Shown here: in pieces, positions 10,425 to 20,018 of the stretch
Layout of the letters: the number at the start of each line of letters is the position of its first letter
Numbering within the stretch: position 1 is the first letter of the stretch
Source of the DNA: Calditrichales bacterium
GTDB taxonomy: Bacteria; Calditrichota; Calditrichia; Calditrichales; J004
NCBI GenBank assembly: GCA_965267575.1
Contig: OZ254086.1
Coordinates: 2,080,001 to 2,144,000 of the forward strand
DNA: 64,000 nucleotides
Direction of reading: 5' to 3'
Notes under the pieces: model-generated
Database searches by the model: none
The model's input: only the letters and a program-made list of their open reading frames with translations
What the model was told of the DNA's origin: nothing
Translations under genes and position numbers: made by a program

Positions 10425-11672
10425 TTAGCTTTCATTTGCCGTGCCGAAGACAAGGTCGCGTCCCAGATATTGCTCCAGTTCTATGACCTTGATGTAATAG
10501 TCACGCAAGGCGTCGTAATAACGTTTTTGACTGTTCAGGTAGGTGCGTTGTGTATCCAGCAGGTTAAGCAGGTCGATTTCCCCGGCACGGTAACCCTCCA
10601 TTGTGGCCTGCAGCAAGCGCTCGGCATCGCGCTGCGTTTGTGAAAAATAACGTTGCACGATTGCCCGGCTGGCTTCATATCCGTGCCAGGCGTCTTCGAT
10701 CTGCCTTTTTAGTTCCAGCGCGGTGGCGTGCCGCTCGATGATGGCGATGTTTTTTTCGGCGCGGGCCTTGCTTACCTGCGCTGCCTGGCGCAAAGGAAAC
10801 CACAGCGGTATGGAAAGGCCGGCCTCAAAGCCGTAAAAGTCGTAGCCGCTGCCATAATCCTGGCGGTAAACGCTCACGGCGATGGAGGGCATAAAGCTGC
10901 CCCAGGCTTCGCGCACCTGTCCGCTGCCGGCGGAAATCTGTGCTTCGCGCGCACGCATCAGCGGCTGTGTATAAAGCGTGGCTAAAATGGAGTCTTGCGG
11001 GATGTGCACTTCCGTAAAGACAAGCGAATCGGGGAAAACGATGTTATACTTTTGCTTTTCCGTATCCAGCCCGATGGCCGTAAACAGGGCATAGCGCATT
11101 TCGTGGAAGGCGCGCGTGGCCTCGTCCAGATCGCTTTGCGCCTCATTAAACTGTATGGCTGTTTTAAGCTTTTCCAGCTCGGTGGCGTCGCCGGCCTCCA
11201 GGCGGATAGAGCTGCTTTCATCCAGTTCGCGGGCAATCTCCAGTTCACGCTCACGCAGTTCCACAATCTTCCGGGCATGGATAAGGCGCGTGTAATGCTG
11301 CTTCACCTCGCCGCGTAAACGCCGTTCGGCAAAAGTGATCGTGTGCCGTTGGGCCTCCACTTCCGCGTCGCGGCGGTTGTAACGAAAAAGATATTGCAGG
11401 GGAAAATCCAGCGCCTGCGAAATAGTCTGGCGCTGTTCGCTGAAATCATCATTGGCCGAACGCAGGCCCTCCTGCATAAAAGAGACGGACGGGTCCGGCG
11501 GGGCTAGTGCCAGGCACCGTTCGGCCAGGGATTGCTGCAGTTGCTTGTGCATCTGTTGCAGCGCCGGGCTGTTGCTCATGGCGTGGTCAATGGCACGGCT
11601 AAGGGTAAGTTCGTTCTGGGCGCCGGCCATAGCCACGCAGGCAAGCAGAAACAGGATCAGGTATTTTTTCAT
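10425..11672 (-). CDS. czcC: TolC/CzcC family outer-membrane efflux protein
   Basis: Signal peptide; LTLSRAIDHAMSNSP, GLSIPLW, YRAGEIDLLNLLDTQ repeats typical of OEP proteins. Confidence 0.88.
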   Translation of the reverse strand: MKKYLILFLLACVAMAGAQNELTLSRAIDHAMSNSPALQQMHKQLQQSLAERCLALAPPDPSVSFMQEGLRSANDDFSEQRQTISQALDFPLQYLFRYNRRDAEVEAQRHTITFAERRLRGEVKQHYTRLIHARKIVELRERELEIARELDESSSIRLEAGDATELEKLKTAIQFNEAQSDLDEATRAFHEMRYALFTAIGLDTEKQKYNIVFPDSLVFTEVHIPQDSILATLYTQPLMRAREAQISAGSGQVREAWGSFMPSIAVSVYRQDYGSGYDFYGFEAGLSIPLWFPLRQAAQVSKARAEKNIAIIERHATALELKRQIEDAWHGYEASRAIVQRYFSQTQRDAERLLQATMEGYRAGEIDLLNLLDTQRTYLNSQKRYYDALRDYYIKVIELEQYLGRDLVFGTANES

Positions 11673-11737
11673 AGGATTACCGGGTTAAGTGACAGGTTTC
11701 TCAAGGGATAAATTAGCACCCGCGCGGCAATACTAAA

Positions 11738-11753
11738 ATTAGACTTTTCTAAT
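11738..11753. promoter_or_regulatory. Inverted repeat ATTAG-N6-CTAAT, candidate response-regulator box between czcC and the regulator
   Basis: attagacttttctaat in the 144-bp divergent intergenic region; geometry resembles the ATTAC-N6-GTAAT box of CzcR-type regulators. Confidence 0.45.
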
Positions 11754-11816
11754 CTTTACATATTGCGCTGGAAGAATCGGTTTGCCGGTCGTATCTTTGT
11801 AAAAAGGTAAAAGTGC

Positions 11817-12503
11817 ATGCGTATACTTTTGGTTGAAGACGAAGCCAAGGTGGCCTCTTTTCTGGAAAGGGGCCTGCGTGAAGCGGGCTATGACGTGGTC
11901 CTGGCTGATGACGGGTCATCCGGATACGAGCAGGCGCGCAACGGTGAATTCGATTTTATGATCCTGGACTGGATGCTGCCCGGATTGAGCGGCATTGAGT
12001 TATGCCGCCGCATCCGTGAACAAGACAGTGATGTGCCGGTTATTTTGCTGACCGCGCGCGACACGCTTGATGATAAAATAACCGGGCTCGATTGCGGCGC
12101 CGATGATTACATCACCAAGCCCTTTGCCTTCGAAGAGCTGCTGGCCCGTATACGTTCCTTATACCGGCGCACGCGCCTGGGCGATGATACAATCCTGCAC
12201 ATAGCCGGCCTGTGTATTGACCTTTTTGAGCACCGCGTTTCCACCAACGGCAGCGACGTGCCGCTCTCCAACCGCGAATTTGAACTGCTTGTCTATTTTG
12301 CCCGGCGACCCAACAAACTGGTAACGCGTGAAATGCTGGCCCGCGATGTCTGGAAAATCACTTTTGATACGGGTACCAACTACATAGACGTTTATGTGAA
12401 TTACCTCAGAAACAAGCTGAAAGGAGCTACCAGTAAACCGCTTATTTTTACCCTGCGCGGCTCCGGCTATATCCTGAAGACCGAAAATGAATCGAACCAT
12501 TAA
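11817..12503 (+). CDS. OmpR-family heavy-metal response regulator (CusR/CzcR-like)
   Basis: MRILLVEDE, LDWMLPG, GADDYITKPF, winged HTH with VW...FD..TNYIDVYVNYLRNK; divergent from czcCBA. Confidence 0.9.
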   Translation: MRILLVEDEAKVASFLERGLREAGYDVVLADDGSSGYEQARNGEFDFMILDWMLPGLSGIELCRRIREQDSDVPVILLTARDTLDDKITGLDCGADDYITKPFAFEELLARIRSLYRRTRLGDDTILHIAGLCIDLFEHRVSTNGSDVPLSNREFELLVYFARRPNKLVTREMLARDVWKITFDTGTNYIDVYVNYLRNKLKGATSKPLIFTLRGSGYILKTENESNH

Positions 12504-13872
12504 AAATAAACTGCTGTTGTGGAACGGCTTTATCGTTGTGGCCACGTTACTGCTTGTATCCGCGTTGATCTACCTGATCCTGAAGGAGCACCTTTACGGG
12601 CAGGTGGACGGGCGCCTGCTGGCAGAGGTGGAAGAGCTGGGCCGGCTGAGTCATTATAAAAGCGGCACGATTGTTTTTAGCGACAGCAGCGAGTGGATGG
12701 AGCATGAGCACGTTGAACTGGGCGAGCACGCCATTTTTCTGCAGATATCCATGGGTGACAGCGTAGTGTTGCGTTCGCAAAATCTTGCCGAATGGGGACT
12801 CGCACTAAGCCCGCTGAACGATATTGGCCCCCATGCCGTGCTCAGTGATACCATTCTGCAAGGCATCTCTATGCGCCGGGCCGATCTTTACAACAGCCCT
12901 TTAATGATAACCGCCCTACAGTCCACCGATGAAATCCACGCTTTTCTGGAGCATATTCTTACCACGTTTCTGATGATCAGTCCGTTTGTGCTTGTTCTGG
13001 CTTTGTGGGGCACCTTCGTTGGTGTGAACAGATCGCTGCAACCGCTAAAGCGTATCACCGCCACCGCCCGGCACATTTTTGATTCCGGTGATCTCAAACA
13101 GCGCATAACCGCGCACAAAGCGGATGAAGAGCTGCTGCAACTCATCGATACGCTGAATGCCCTGTTCGGTAAACTGGAAAGTTCCCTGCGGCAAATGAAG
13201 AATTTTTCCGCTGACGCGTCGCACGAGCTACGCACGCCGTTAACCATCATGCGCGGGCAGATTGAAGTGCTGCTTTCCCGCGAGCGTCCTGCCGCGGAAT
13301 ACCGCCAGGCCCTGGAATCCGTGCACGAGGAAGTGCTGAAGATGACGCATATTATCAATAACCTGCTGCAACTGGCGCGCGTGGACGAGGGCAAGGAAGA
13401 TCTGGATATGGCGGTTTTGCGCCTCGATAAAGTTGTGGAAGATTTTTTGCCGCTGGCCCGCCGGATGACCGAGAAAAGCAATCTGCAACTACGCCACAGC
13501 GTGGAAGATTCGCTGGAACTGCTGGGCAACCGCGAAGCCCTAATTGAGCTGTTGACCAACCTGACCGACAACGCCGTAAAATACAATCGCGACAAAGGCT
13601 ATGTTTTCCTGCGCGGCTACGCTTCCAACGGCGGCATCCACCTGGAAGTGGAGGACAACGGCATCGGTATCGCCCCGGAGGAGCGGCAGCAGATCTTTGA
13701 ACGCTTTTACCGGATCGACAAGACGCGCTCCCGGCAGATGGGCGGCAGTGGCCTGGGCCTCAGCATCGTAAACTGGATCGTAAAAGAACACAAAGGCCGT
13801 ATCAGCATCGAGGGCGAGCCCGGTGACAAAACCGTTTTTCATGTGATTTTCCCGCGGCTCGAGTTTGAATGA
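12487..13872 (+). CDS. Heavy-metal sensor histidine kinase (CusS/CzcS-like)
   Basis: Two TM segments, HAMP domain, FSADASHELRTPL H-box, NLTDNAVKY, DNGIGI, GGSGLGL; overlaps the regulator stop. Confidence 0.9.
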   Translation: MNRTIKNKLLLWNGFIVVATLLLVSALIYLILKEHLYGQVDGRLLAEVEELGRLSHYKSGTIVFSDSSEWMEHEHVELGEHAIFLQISMGDSVVLRSQNLAEWGLALSPLNDIGPHAVLSDTILQGISMRRADLYNSPLMITALQSTDEIHAFLEHILTTFLMISPFVLVLALWGTFVGVNRSLQPLKRITATARHIFDSGDLKQRITAHKADEELLQLIDTLNALFGKLESSLRQMKNFSADASHELRTPLTIMRGQIEVLLSRERPAAEYRQALESVHEEVLKMTHIINNLLQLARVDEGKEDLDMAVLRLDKVVEDFLPLARRMTEKSNLQLRHSVEDSLELLGNREALIELLTNLTDNAVKYNRDKGYVFLRGYASNGGIHLEVEDNGIGIAPEERQQIFERFYRIDKTRSRQMGGSGLGLSIVNWIVKEHKGRISIEGEPGDKTVFHVIFPRLEFE

Positions 13873-13939
13873 AAGATGGCACGATCTTAGTAAGCAAAAC
13901 GGCAGCGAAATTGCTCAGGAAAGATAAACCGGTACGGGA

Positions 13940-14830
13940 ATGGCTGTAACAGGACAAAAACCACACATACTGTTTCGATTGTTGTTGTTTGCGCTGTATG
14001 CCTCGGCCCTGCTGCTTGCGGGTTACGTAGTCTGGAATTACTGGGACTACTACATGCAGCCTTTTCAACTGCGGCCGCGCCACCCCGATTACCGGGTGAT
14101 GAAGCCCGGCGGCTTTATCAGTCATGGCCTGGGTATTCTCGGCACGCTGATGATGCTGCTCTTGCTGCTCTATTCGGTGCGTAAACGCACGCGCCTCTTC
14201 GGGCGTGCCGGGGCCGTAAGCCGCTGGTTGGATGTACATATTTTCCTGGGCAGCATGGGACCGGTATTCGTGGTGCTGCATTCTACCTTTAAGCTTAACG
14301 GGCTGGTTGCGGTCAGCTTTTGGTCCATGGTGCTGGTGGCGCTTAGTGGTGTTTTGGGGCGCTACCTTTATCTGCAAATCCCCCGCGGCATCCGCGGTAA
14401 CGAGCTTACGCTGGACGATGTGGAAAAGGAGAACAGGGAGTTGGCCGGCATTCTGCGGGAAGAGTACCACCTTAATGAAGATGAAATTCAAAAACTGGAA
14501 CAGGCAATCATGCCGCCGCGCTATTCTCAATCTATGTTCGCGCTTTTTTTTGGTTTGCTGTTCAGCGAGCTGCGCTTATGGTTTCGGCTGCCCGCCATTC
14601 GCCGGCAGATACGCCGCCGGCATAATGTCCCTGCGCAGGATGTGCACCGTTTTGTCAAAATTGTGCACCGTAAAGCCGTCCTTGCGCGACGCATTGCGCT
14701 GCTGGACCGCGTGCGTCTGCTGTTCCATTATTGGCATGTTTTTCATAAACCCTTTGCCATCATCATGTACCTGATTATGTTGGTGCATGTGGGTATCAGC
14801 GTCTATTTAGGCTACACCTGGATATTTTAA
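13940..14830 (+). CDS. Polytopic inner-membrane protein with TM histidines (possible b-heme, ferric-reductase-like)
   Basis: About 5-6 hydrophobic helices carrying His: ISHGLG, WLDVHIFLG, VLHSTF, HYWHVFHKP, LVHVG. Confidence 0.6.
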   Translation: MAVTGQKPHILFRLLLFALYASALLLAGYVVWNYWDYYMQPFQLRPRHPDYRVMKPGGFISHGLGILGTLMMLLLLLYSVRKRTRLFGRAGAVSRWLDVHIFLGSMGPVFVVLHSTFKLNGLVAVSFWSMVLVALSGVLGRYLYLQIPRGIRGNELTLDDVEKENRELAGILREEYHLNEDEIQKLEQAIMPPRYSQSMFALFFGLLFSELRLWFRLPAIRRQIRRRHNVPAQDVHRFVKIVHRKAVLARRIALLDRVRLLFHYWHVFHKPFAIIMYLIMLVHVGISVYLGYTWIF

Positions 14831-16489
14831 ATGAACAAGCAAAGCCTTCTTGATTCTGCTCTTGATCATGCTCATGATCACCTCCTGCCTTTCGCCGTCG
14901 CTGTTGTCCTGTTTTTTGTGCTGCCACTGTGTGCCCAGCTTTCGCCGGGTGAACTGCACAAAAGCCACCAACAGCTCGAGGGTGTTACCAACTGCACACA
15001 ATGCCATGAAGCCGGCGAGGGCTTGTCACCGGCAAAATGTCTTGATTGCCATACGCTCCTGGCGCAGCGCATTGCTGCCGGCAAAGGGCTGCACGCCAAA
15101 AGCGGCTTTGCTGATTGCGGCAGTTGCCACATTGAGCACCAGGGCCGCGATTTTGATTTGGTTTACTGGCCGCAGGGAATGGAAAACTTCAGCCATGCCG
15201 AAACCGGCTTTGAGCTTCAGGGGGCGCACAAAAAAGTGAAATGCCGCGACTGTCACAATCCGCAAAACATTGTAAACAGAGGGCCTTTGTTAAGCGCCGG
15301 AAAGGATTTGTCACGCACTTTCCTCGGGCTGCAGACCAACTGCCTTTCCTGCCACGAAGACACGCACCGCGGCCAGCTTGCCGGGAATTGTCTCAACTGC
15401 CATGATCAGGATAAATGGAAACCGCTGGCACGCTTTGATCATAGCGCTGCCCGTTTCCGGCTGAGCGGACGCCACCAAAACGTGGCCTGCGAAAGCTGCC
15501 ACAAAACAGAGCATGATGCCGCCGGCGCCTTCATCCGTTTTCGCGGGATGCCTTTCGGGGATTGCAACAGTTGCCACCGCGATCCGCACCAGGGCCGTTT
15601 GAGCGGCGCCTGCCGCACCTGCCACAGCACATCCGGCTGGCAGGTACTGGCACGCAACGGCTTTGACCACAGCAGCACGCGCTTCCCGCTGACCGGTCTT
15701 CACAAAACACTGGATTGCAAAGCCTGCCATAAGTCTCATTCTACGCTGAGTTTCGGTACCTGCGCCGATTGCCATGTTGACGTACACCGGGGGCAGCTGG
15801 CTTCCGGAACGGATTGCTCCGCCTGCCACACAACGGCAGGGTTCAGCCCGGCGCAATTCAGCCTTGATCAGCACCGACAAAGCGACTTCCCCCTCCTGGG
15901 AGCGCACCGCGCGATTCCCTGCGAAGCCTGCCACCAGCCATTAAGTCCATCTGCGGACCGCGGCCGGCTGCGCTTCCGCTTTGCTGACAAGACCTGCCAG
16001 GGCTGCCACAACAATCCTCACAGCGGATTAACCGTCTCCACGATCAACAGCGAAAGCCCGAACTGGTGCAGCGCCTGCCATACAAATAACAGCTGGCGGG
16101 ATGTGAGCTTCGATCACACCATAACCGGCTTTGCGCTGGAAGGTGAGCATGCGCGTACCTCCTGCAAAGGATGCCACAAAAACGCCGGCAATACCGTAGC
16201 TTTTGGCGGCTTGTCCCAAAAGAAAAATTGCAGCAGTTGCCACGAGGATGTGCACAGGGGGCAGCTTGCCTCCGCCAACGGCCAAACCGATTGTGCCCGC
16301 TGCCACGCTCCGGCCGGCTGGAAAAATATTGCTTTTAACCATAACCGCGACAGCCGCTTTAAGCTGGATGGCGCCCATATCGGCCTGGAGTGTGCCGCCT
16401 GCCACCCGCGCCAGGGCGATGGCAAAACACTCACCTTCAAGCCACTGGATACATCCTGTACGGCATGCCACGGTAAGGAGCGTTCATGA
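14831..16489 (+). CDS. Multiheme cytochrome c, 20 CxxCH motifs
   Basis: Hydrophobic N-terminal signal; 20 CxxCH counted by hand, arranged in FDH..F.L.G.H triheme repeats. Confidence 0.92.
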   Translation: MNKQSLLDSALDHAHDHLLPFAVAVVLFFVLPLCAQLSPGELHKSHQQLEGVTNCTQCHEAGEGLSPAKCLDCHTLLAQRIAAGKGLHAKSGFADCGSCHIEHQGRDFDLVYWPQGMENFSHAETGFELQGAHKKVKCRDCHNPQNIVNRGPLLSAGKDLSRTFLGLQTNCLSCHEDTHRGQLAGNCLNCHDQDKWKPLARFDHSAARFRLSGRHQNVACESCHKTEHDAAGAFIRFRGMPFGDCNSCHRDPHQGRLSGACRTCHSTSGWQVLARNGFDHSSTRFPLTGLHKTLDCKACHKSHSTLSFGTCADCHVDVHRGQLASGTDCSACHTTAGFSPAQFSLDQHRQSDFPLLGAHRAIPCEACHQPLSPSADRGRLRFRFADKTCQGCHNNPHSGLTVSTINSESPNWCSACHTNNSWRDVSFDHTITGFALEGEHARTSCKGCHKNAGNTVAFGGLSQKKNCSSCHEDVHRGQLASANGQTDCARCHAPAGWKNIAFNHNRDSRFKLDGAHIGLECAACHPRQGDGKTLTFKPLDTSCTACHGKERS

Positions 16490-18435
16490 AATATGTTTTG
16501 TTTGCTCTGTTTTTGCCGTGTTTTGTGTGGACTCAGCAGCTGAATCCGCATGGCAGGCTGGATATGGACTGCACTACCTGCCACAGCACGTCCGGCTGGA
16601 CACCCCTGCGCGCGGACCTGCAATTCGATCACGCTACAACCGGTTTTGCCCTGAAGGGCGGGCATAGCGCATTGCAATGCGGCGATTGCCATCAAAACCT
16701 CAATTTTGCCTTTATTGGGCACGCGTGCGCCGACTGCCACGCCGACATCCACCGCGGCGAGCTGGGCCTGCGTTGTGAAAACTGCCATACCCCGCAAAGC
16801 TGGGATAACCGTCGCGAAGCTTTGGAACTGCATGCCGGCACGCGCTTTCCGCTGCTCGGTCTGCACGCCTCCCTCGATTGCCAGGCCTGCCACGGCGATG
16901 CAACCACACAGCAAGAGTTTACGCTCACCCCGGTGGAATGCAAAGGCTGCCACCTGGACACGTATATGTCCACGCTGGACCCGCAACATGAACTGGCACG
17001 CTTCAGCCTGGATTGCGCGCAGTGCCATAATGTGGACCAGGTCACCTGGCAAAGGGCGCGCTACAGCCATCCAGAGGTATTTGTTTTGGATGGCGCGCAC
17101 AAGAGTGTTGATTGTGTCACCTGCCACGAGAGTGCTTTTACCGGCACCGACGACGCCTGCGAAACCTGCCACATGGCCGATTTTGAGCAAGCGGCAAACC
17201 CGGATCACAGCGCTTTCCGTTTTCCAACCGTGTGCGAAGAGTGCCATACCACCATGAGCTGGGACCGTGATCTGTTTGACCATACCGCCGAAAGCGGATT
17301 TGAACTGATCGGCGCGCACAGCACGGCATTTTGCATCAGCTGTCACGTAAATAATCAACTTACCGGGCTGGCCCGCGATTGTATTGGCTGTCATGAAAAC
17401 GATTTTAACCAGGCGCAGGAGCCCGATCACGTTGCCGCGCAGCTTCCGCAGGATTGCCTGCAGTGCCACACGCAACAGGCATGGCAGCCGGCTACCTTTG
17501 ACCACACGCAGACAGCTTTTATTTTGACCGGCGCCCATATCGGCGAAGATTGCCAGAGCTGTCACCTTGACGGGGTTTTCGAGGGTACACCAACGGATTG
17601 CTGGTCCTGCCACCAGCCGGACTATGAGAAGGCGGCCGACCCTAACCACGTGGCCGGACAGTTTGACCAGGATTGCGCCAGCTGCCATAGCACCACGGCC
17701 TGGGAGCCTGCCGACTTTGATCATAACCAGACCAATTTTACGCTGACCGGGGCGCATCTGAATACGGATTGCCAGAGCTGCCACATCAACGGGGTTTTTA
17801 GCGGTACGCCGACAGATTGCTGGTCTTGCCACGAACCGGACTATAACCAGGCCGCAGATCCTGACCACGTCACCAACCAGTTTGACCAGGACTGCGCCAC
17901 CTGCCACACAACCACGGCGTGGTCGCCGGCCGATTTTGACCACACTCTCACGGCGTTTCCGCTGACCGGCGCGCATGTTTCCCAGGATTGCCAGGCCTGC
18001 CACGCGGACGGGTACAGCAACACGTCAACGGAATGCGTTGCCTGCCACGAAGACGACTTTAATACAACGACCGATCCGCCACACGGCGCCGCAGGGTTTC
18101 CGCAAACCTGCGAGGAATGCCATAACACCACCGCCTGGGAACCCGCAAACTGGGACCACGACGCCAGTTATTTTCCCATCTACAGCGGTGAGCACCGCGA
18201 GGAGTGGGATGTGTGCGCGGATTGCCACTTGGACCCGGCAAACTACAGCCGCTTTGAATGCATCAACTGCCATGAGCACAGCCGGAGCGAGATGGATGAC
18301 AAGCACCGCGAGGTAAGCGGTTATGTATATGAAAGTACGGCCTGTATTGATTGTCACCCAGACGGGCGCGCCGATGACGACCTGCTGCGGCCATTCATTC
18401 CGAAGCAGCTAAGAAGGACGGGGACACCATGGTAA
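16486..18435 (+). CDS. Multiheme cytochrome c, 25 CxxCH motifs
   Basis: Signal peptide; 25 CxxCH counted by hand; about 73-aa triheme repeats; ATGA overlap with the previous gene. Confidence 0.92.
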   Translation: MKYVLFALFLPCFVWTQQLNPHGRLDMDCTTCHSTSGWTPLRADLQFDHATTGFALKGGHSALQCGDCHQNLNFAFIGHACADCHADIHRGELGLRCENCHTPQSWDNRREALELHAGTRFPLLGLHASLDCQACHGDATTQQEFTLTPVECKGCHLDTYMSTLDPQHELARFSLDCAQCHNVDQVTWQRARYSHPEVFVLDGAHKSVDCVTCHESAFTGTDDACETCHMADFEQAANPDHSAFRFPTVCEECHTTMSWDRDLFDHTAESGFELIGAHSTAFCISCHVNNQLTGLARDCIGCHENDFNQAQEPDHVAAQLPQDCLQCHTQQAWQPATFDHTQTAFILTGAHIGEDCQSCHLDGVFEGTPTDCWSCHQPDYEKAADPNHVAGQFDQDCASCHSTTAWEPADFDHNQTNFTLTGAHLNTDCQSCHINGVFSGTPTDCWSCHEPDYNQAADPDHVTNQFDQDCATCHTTTAWSPADFDHTLTAFPLTGAHVSQDCQACHADGYSNTSTECVACHEDDFNTTTDPPHGAAGFPQTCEECHNTTAWEPANWDHDASYFPIYSGEHREEWDVCADCHLDPANYSRFECINCHEHSRSEMDDKHREVSGYVYESTACIDCHPDGRADDDLLRPFIPKQLRRTGTPW

Positions 18436-20009
18436 GAAACGCTTTGTCGATTGCCCTGGTTGCCATAGCCCTGGCTGCGGCGGATGATCTGCGTGTGTCC
18501 GTGCGCTATGTTTCGGCGGACCACGTTTACGTTGACAAAGGCCGCGCCGCGGGTTTGCAGGTTGGGGATACCCTTAAAGTAGAGGGCACGGCGCGTCACG
18601 GGGAGGTCTTGCTGGAAGTGTTGTTTGTTGCAGACCATTCTGCGTCCTGTGGCTTTTTGGCCGAGCCCGTGTTGCTGCAAAAAGGGGAAACGGCCGTCAG
18701 GGTGGGTACAAGGCACTCGCCACAACAAGAAAGCGAAGCGGATACATTGGTAACGGAGAAGGTGAAGCCGCTGCCGGTAACGCAAAAAACCGCCACACCC
18801 AAAGTCCGTAAACCGATGCGCGTGCGCGGAACCGCCACGGCCGGACTAAGCAGCTACCGCGATAACAGCCGCACGCTCAACGAGCCTGATTTTGGACTGC
18901 GTCTCAATGCGCAGGATCTGCTTGATGGAACATTGCATTTCCGCTTGCGCTGGAGATCGCGCTATTACCTGCGAGACGGTTACGCTAGCGGCTTGCCGGA
19001 AGATGAATGGCGTCATCGTCTTTATGAAGCGTCCCTCGAATATGAGCCCACTGCTTCAACACGTATCAGGGCGGGCCGCATATTGGCCTGTTCATTCAGC
19101 GCTGCGGGTTTTTTGGATGGCCTGCTGTTTAGCCAAAAACTGAGCGAAAACTGGAGCGTCGGTCTGTATGCCGGAAGCCAGCCGGATTACCGCGACAACA
19201 GCCTGGATACCGACACGCGCAAAGGCGGTTTGTTTGCTGGCTACGAAAAAGAGTTTTCCGCAGGGCGCCGTTTTGAGCATACCACGGCCATTGCCGCCTC
19301 CTACCATCTTGGCGAGATAGACCGCGAGATGCTGTTTACGCGCAACAGCTTTTATGCTTCGGGCTGGTCTCTTTACCAGATGCTGGAAGTGGATTATAAC
19401 CGCTCCTGGCGCAAAGAAAAAAGCGGAAACACTTTCACGATGTCATCATTGTACTTGTCGGCGCGCTATAGTTTTAACACGGACCTAAGCGCCGGGCTGA
19501 GCTATGATACGCGTCGCAGTTACTACACGTGGCAAACACGCAGCCTGGCCGATTCGCTGTTTGACGACGCGGCCCGCTCCGGCTGGCGCACGGATGTGCA
19601 ATGGCGTCCATTGAGAAAACTGCATGTCGGCCTGCGTGGCGGCTGGCGTGAACGTGGAAATGATAATGCGGCAAAATTTGCTTCGGCCCGTATTTCCGCG
19701 CGCAGCATTTGGAAAGGTATCGGTGCGGCGTTTGATCTGCAGGTTTTTGAAAACGCCTTTAGCGAAGGCTATTACCCGGGCGCGACGATTTACTGGGATA
19801 TCAACGCCAACTGGCAGGTGAGTGGCGGCTATACAGTCTATAATTATAAATTAAAACAGGCAGCGGATTACACGCGGCAGGAGCGCTGGCAGTTTTCGTT
19901 TTTGGCCAACCTGACGCAGAGGTTGTATTGGAGCGGCTGGTTGCAGCAACATAACGGCGCCGGCCCCGCCGCAATCTGGCTGAACAGCGGTTTGGGATAC
20001 CGTCTGTAA
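18429..20009 (+). CDS. Putative outer-membrane beta-barrel (porin of a porin-cytochrome complex)
   Basis: Signal peptide; alternating amphipathic aromatic-rich strands; C-terminal strand IWLNSGLGYRL typical of BAM substrates; overlaps the cytochrome gene. Confidence 0.72.
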   Translation: MVRNALSIALVAIALAAADDLRVSVRYVSADHVYVDKGRAAGLQVGDTLKVEGTARHGEVLLEVLFVADHSASCGFLAEPVLLQKGETAVRVGTRHSPQQESEADTLVTEKVKPLPVTQKTATPKVRKPMRVRGTATAGLSSYRDNSRTLNEPDFGLRLNAQDLLDGTLHFRLRWRSRYYLRDGYASGLPEDEWRHRLYEASLEYEPTASTRIRAGRILACSFSAAGFLDGLLFSQKLSENWSVGLYAGSQPDYRDNSLDTDTRKGGLFAGYEKEFSAGRRFEHTTAIAASYHLGEIDREMLFTRNSFYASGWSLYQMLEVDYNRSWRKEKSGNTFTMSSLYLSARYSFNTDLSAGLSYDTRRSYYTWQTRSLADSLFDDAARSGWRTDVQWRPLRKLHVGLRGGWRERGNDNAAKFASARISARSIWKGIGAAFDLQVFENAFSEGYYPGATIYWDINANWQVSGGYTVYNYKLKQAADYTRQERWQFSFLANLTQRLYWSGWLQQHNGAGPAAIWLNSGLGYRL

Positions 20010-20018
20010 CGGAGGAGC

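Noticed and set aside
11713-11736. CIRCE-like ttagcaccc...caatactaa
   Set aside because: The spacer is 6 rather than 9 bp and the right arm mismatches; the adjacent genes are not chaperones.
16114-18003. 629-aa reverse-strand ORF with repeated VAG/MA motifs
   Set aside because: Mirror of the CxxCH codons of the cytochrome genes; its repetitiveness is inherited from the sense strand.
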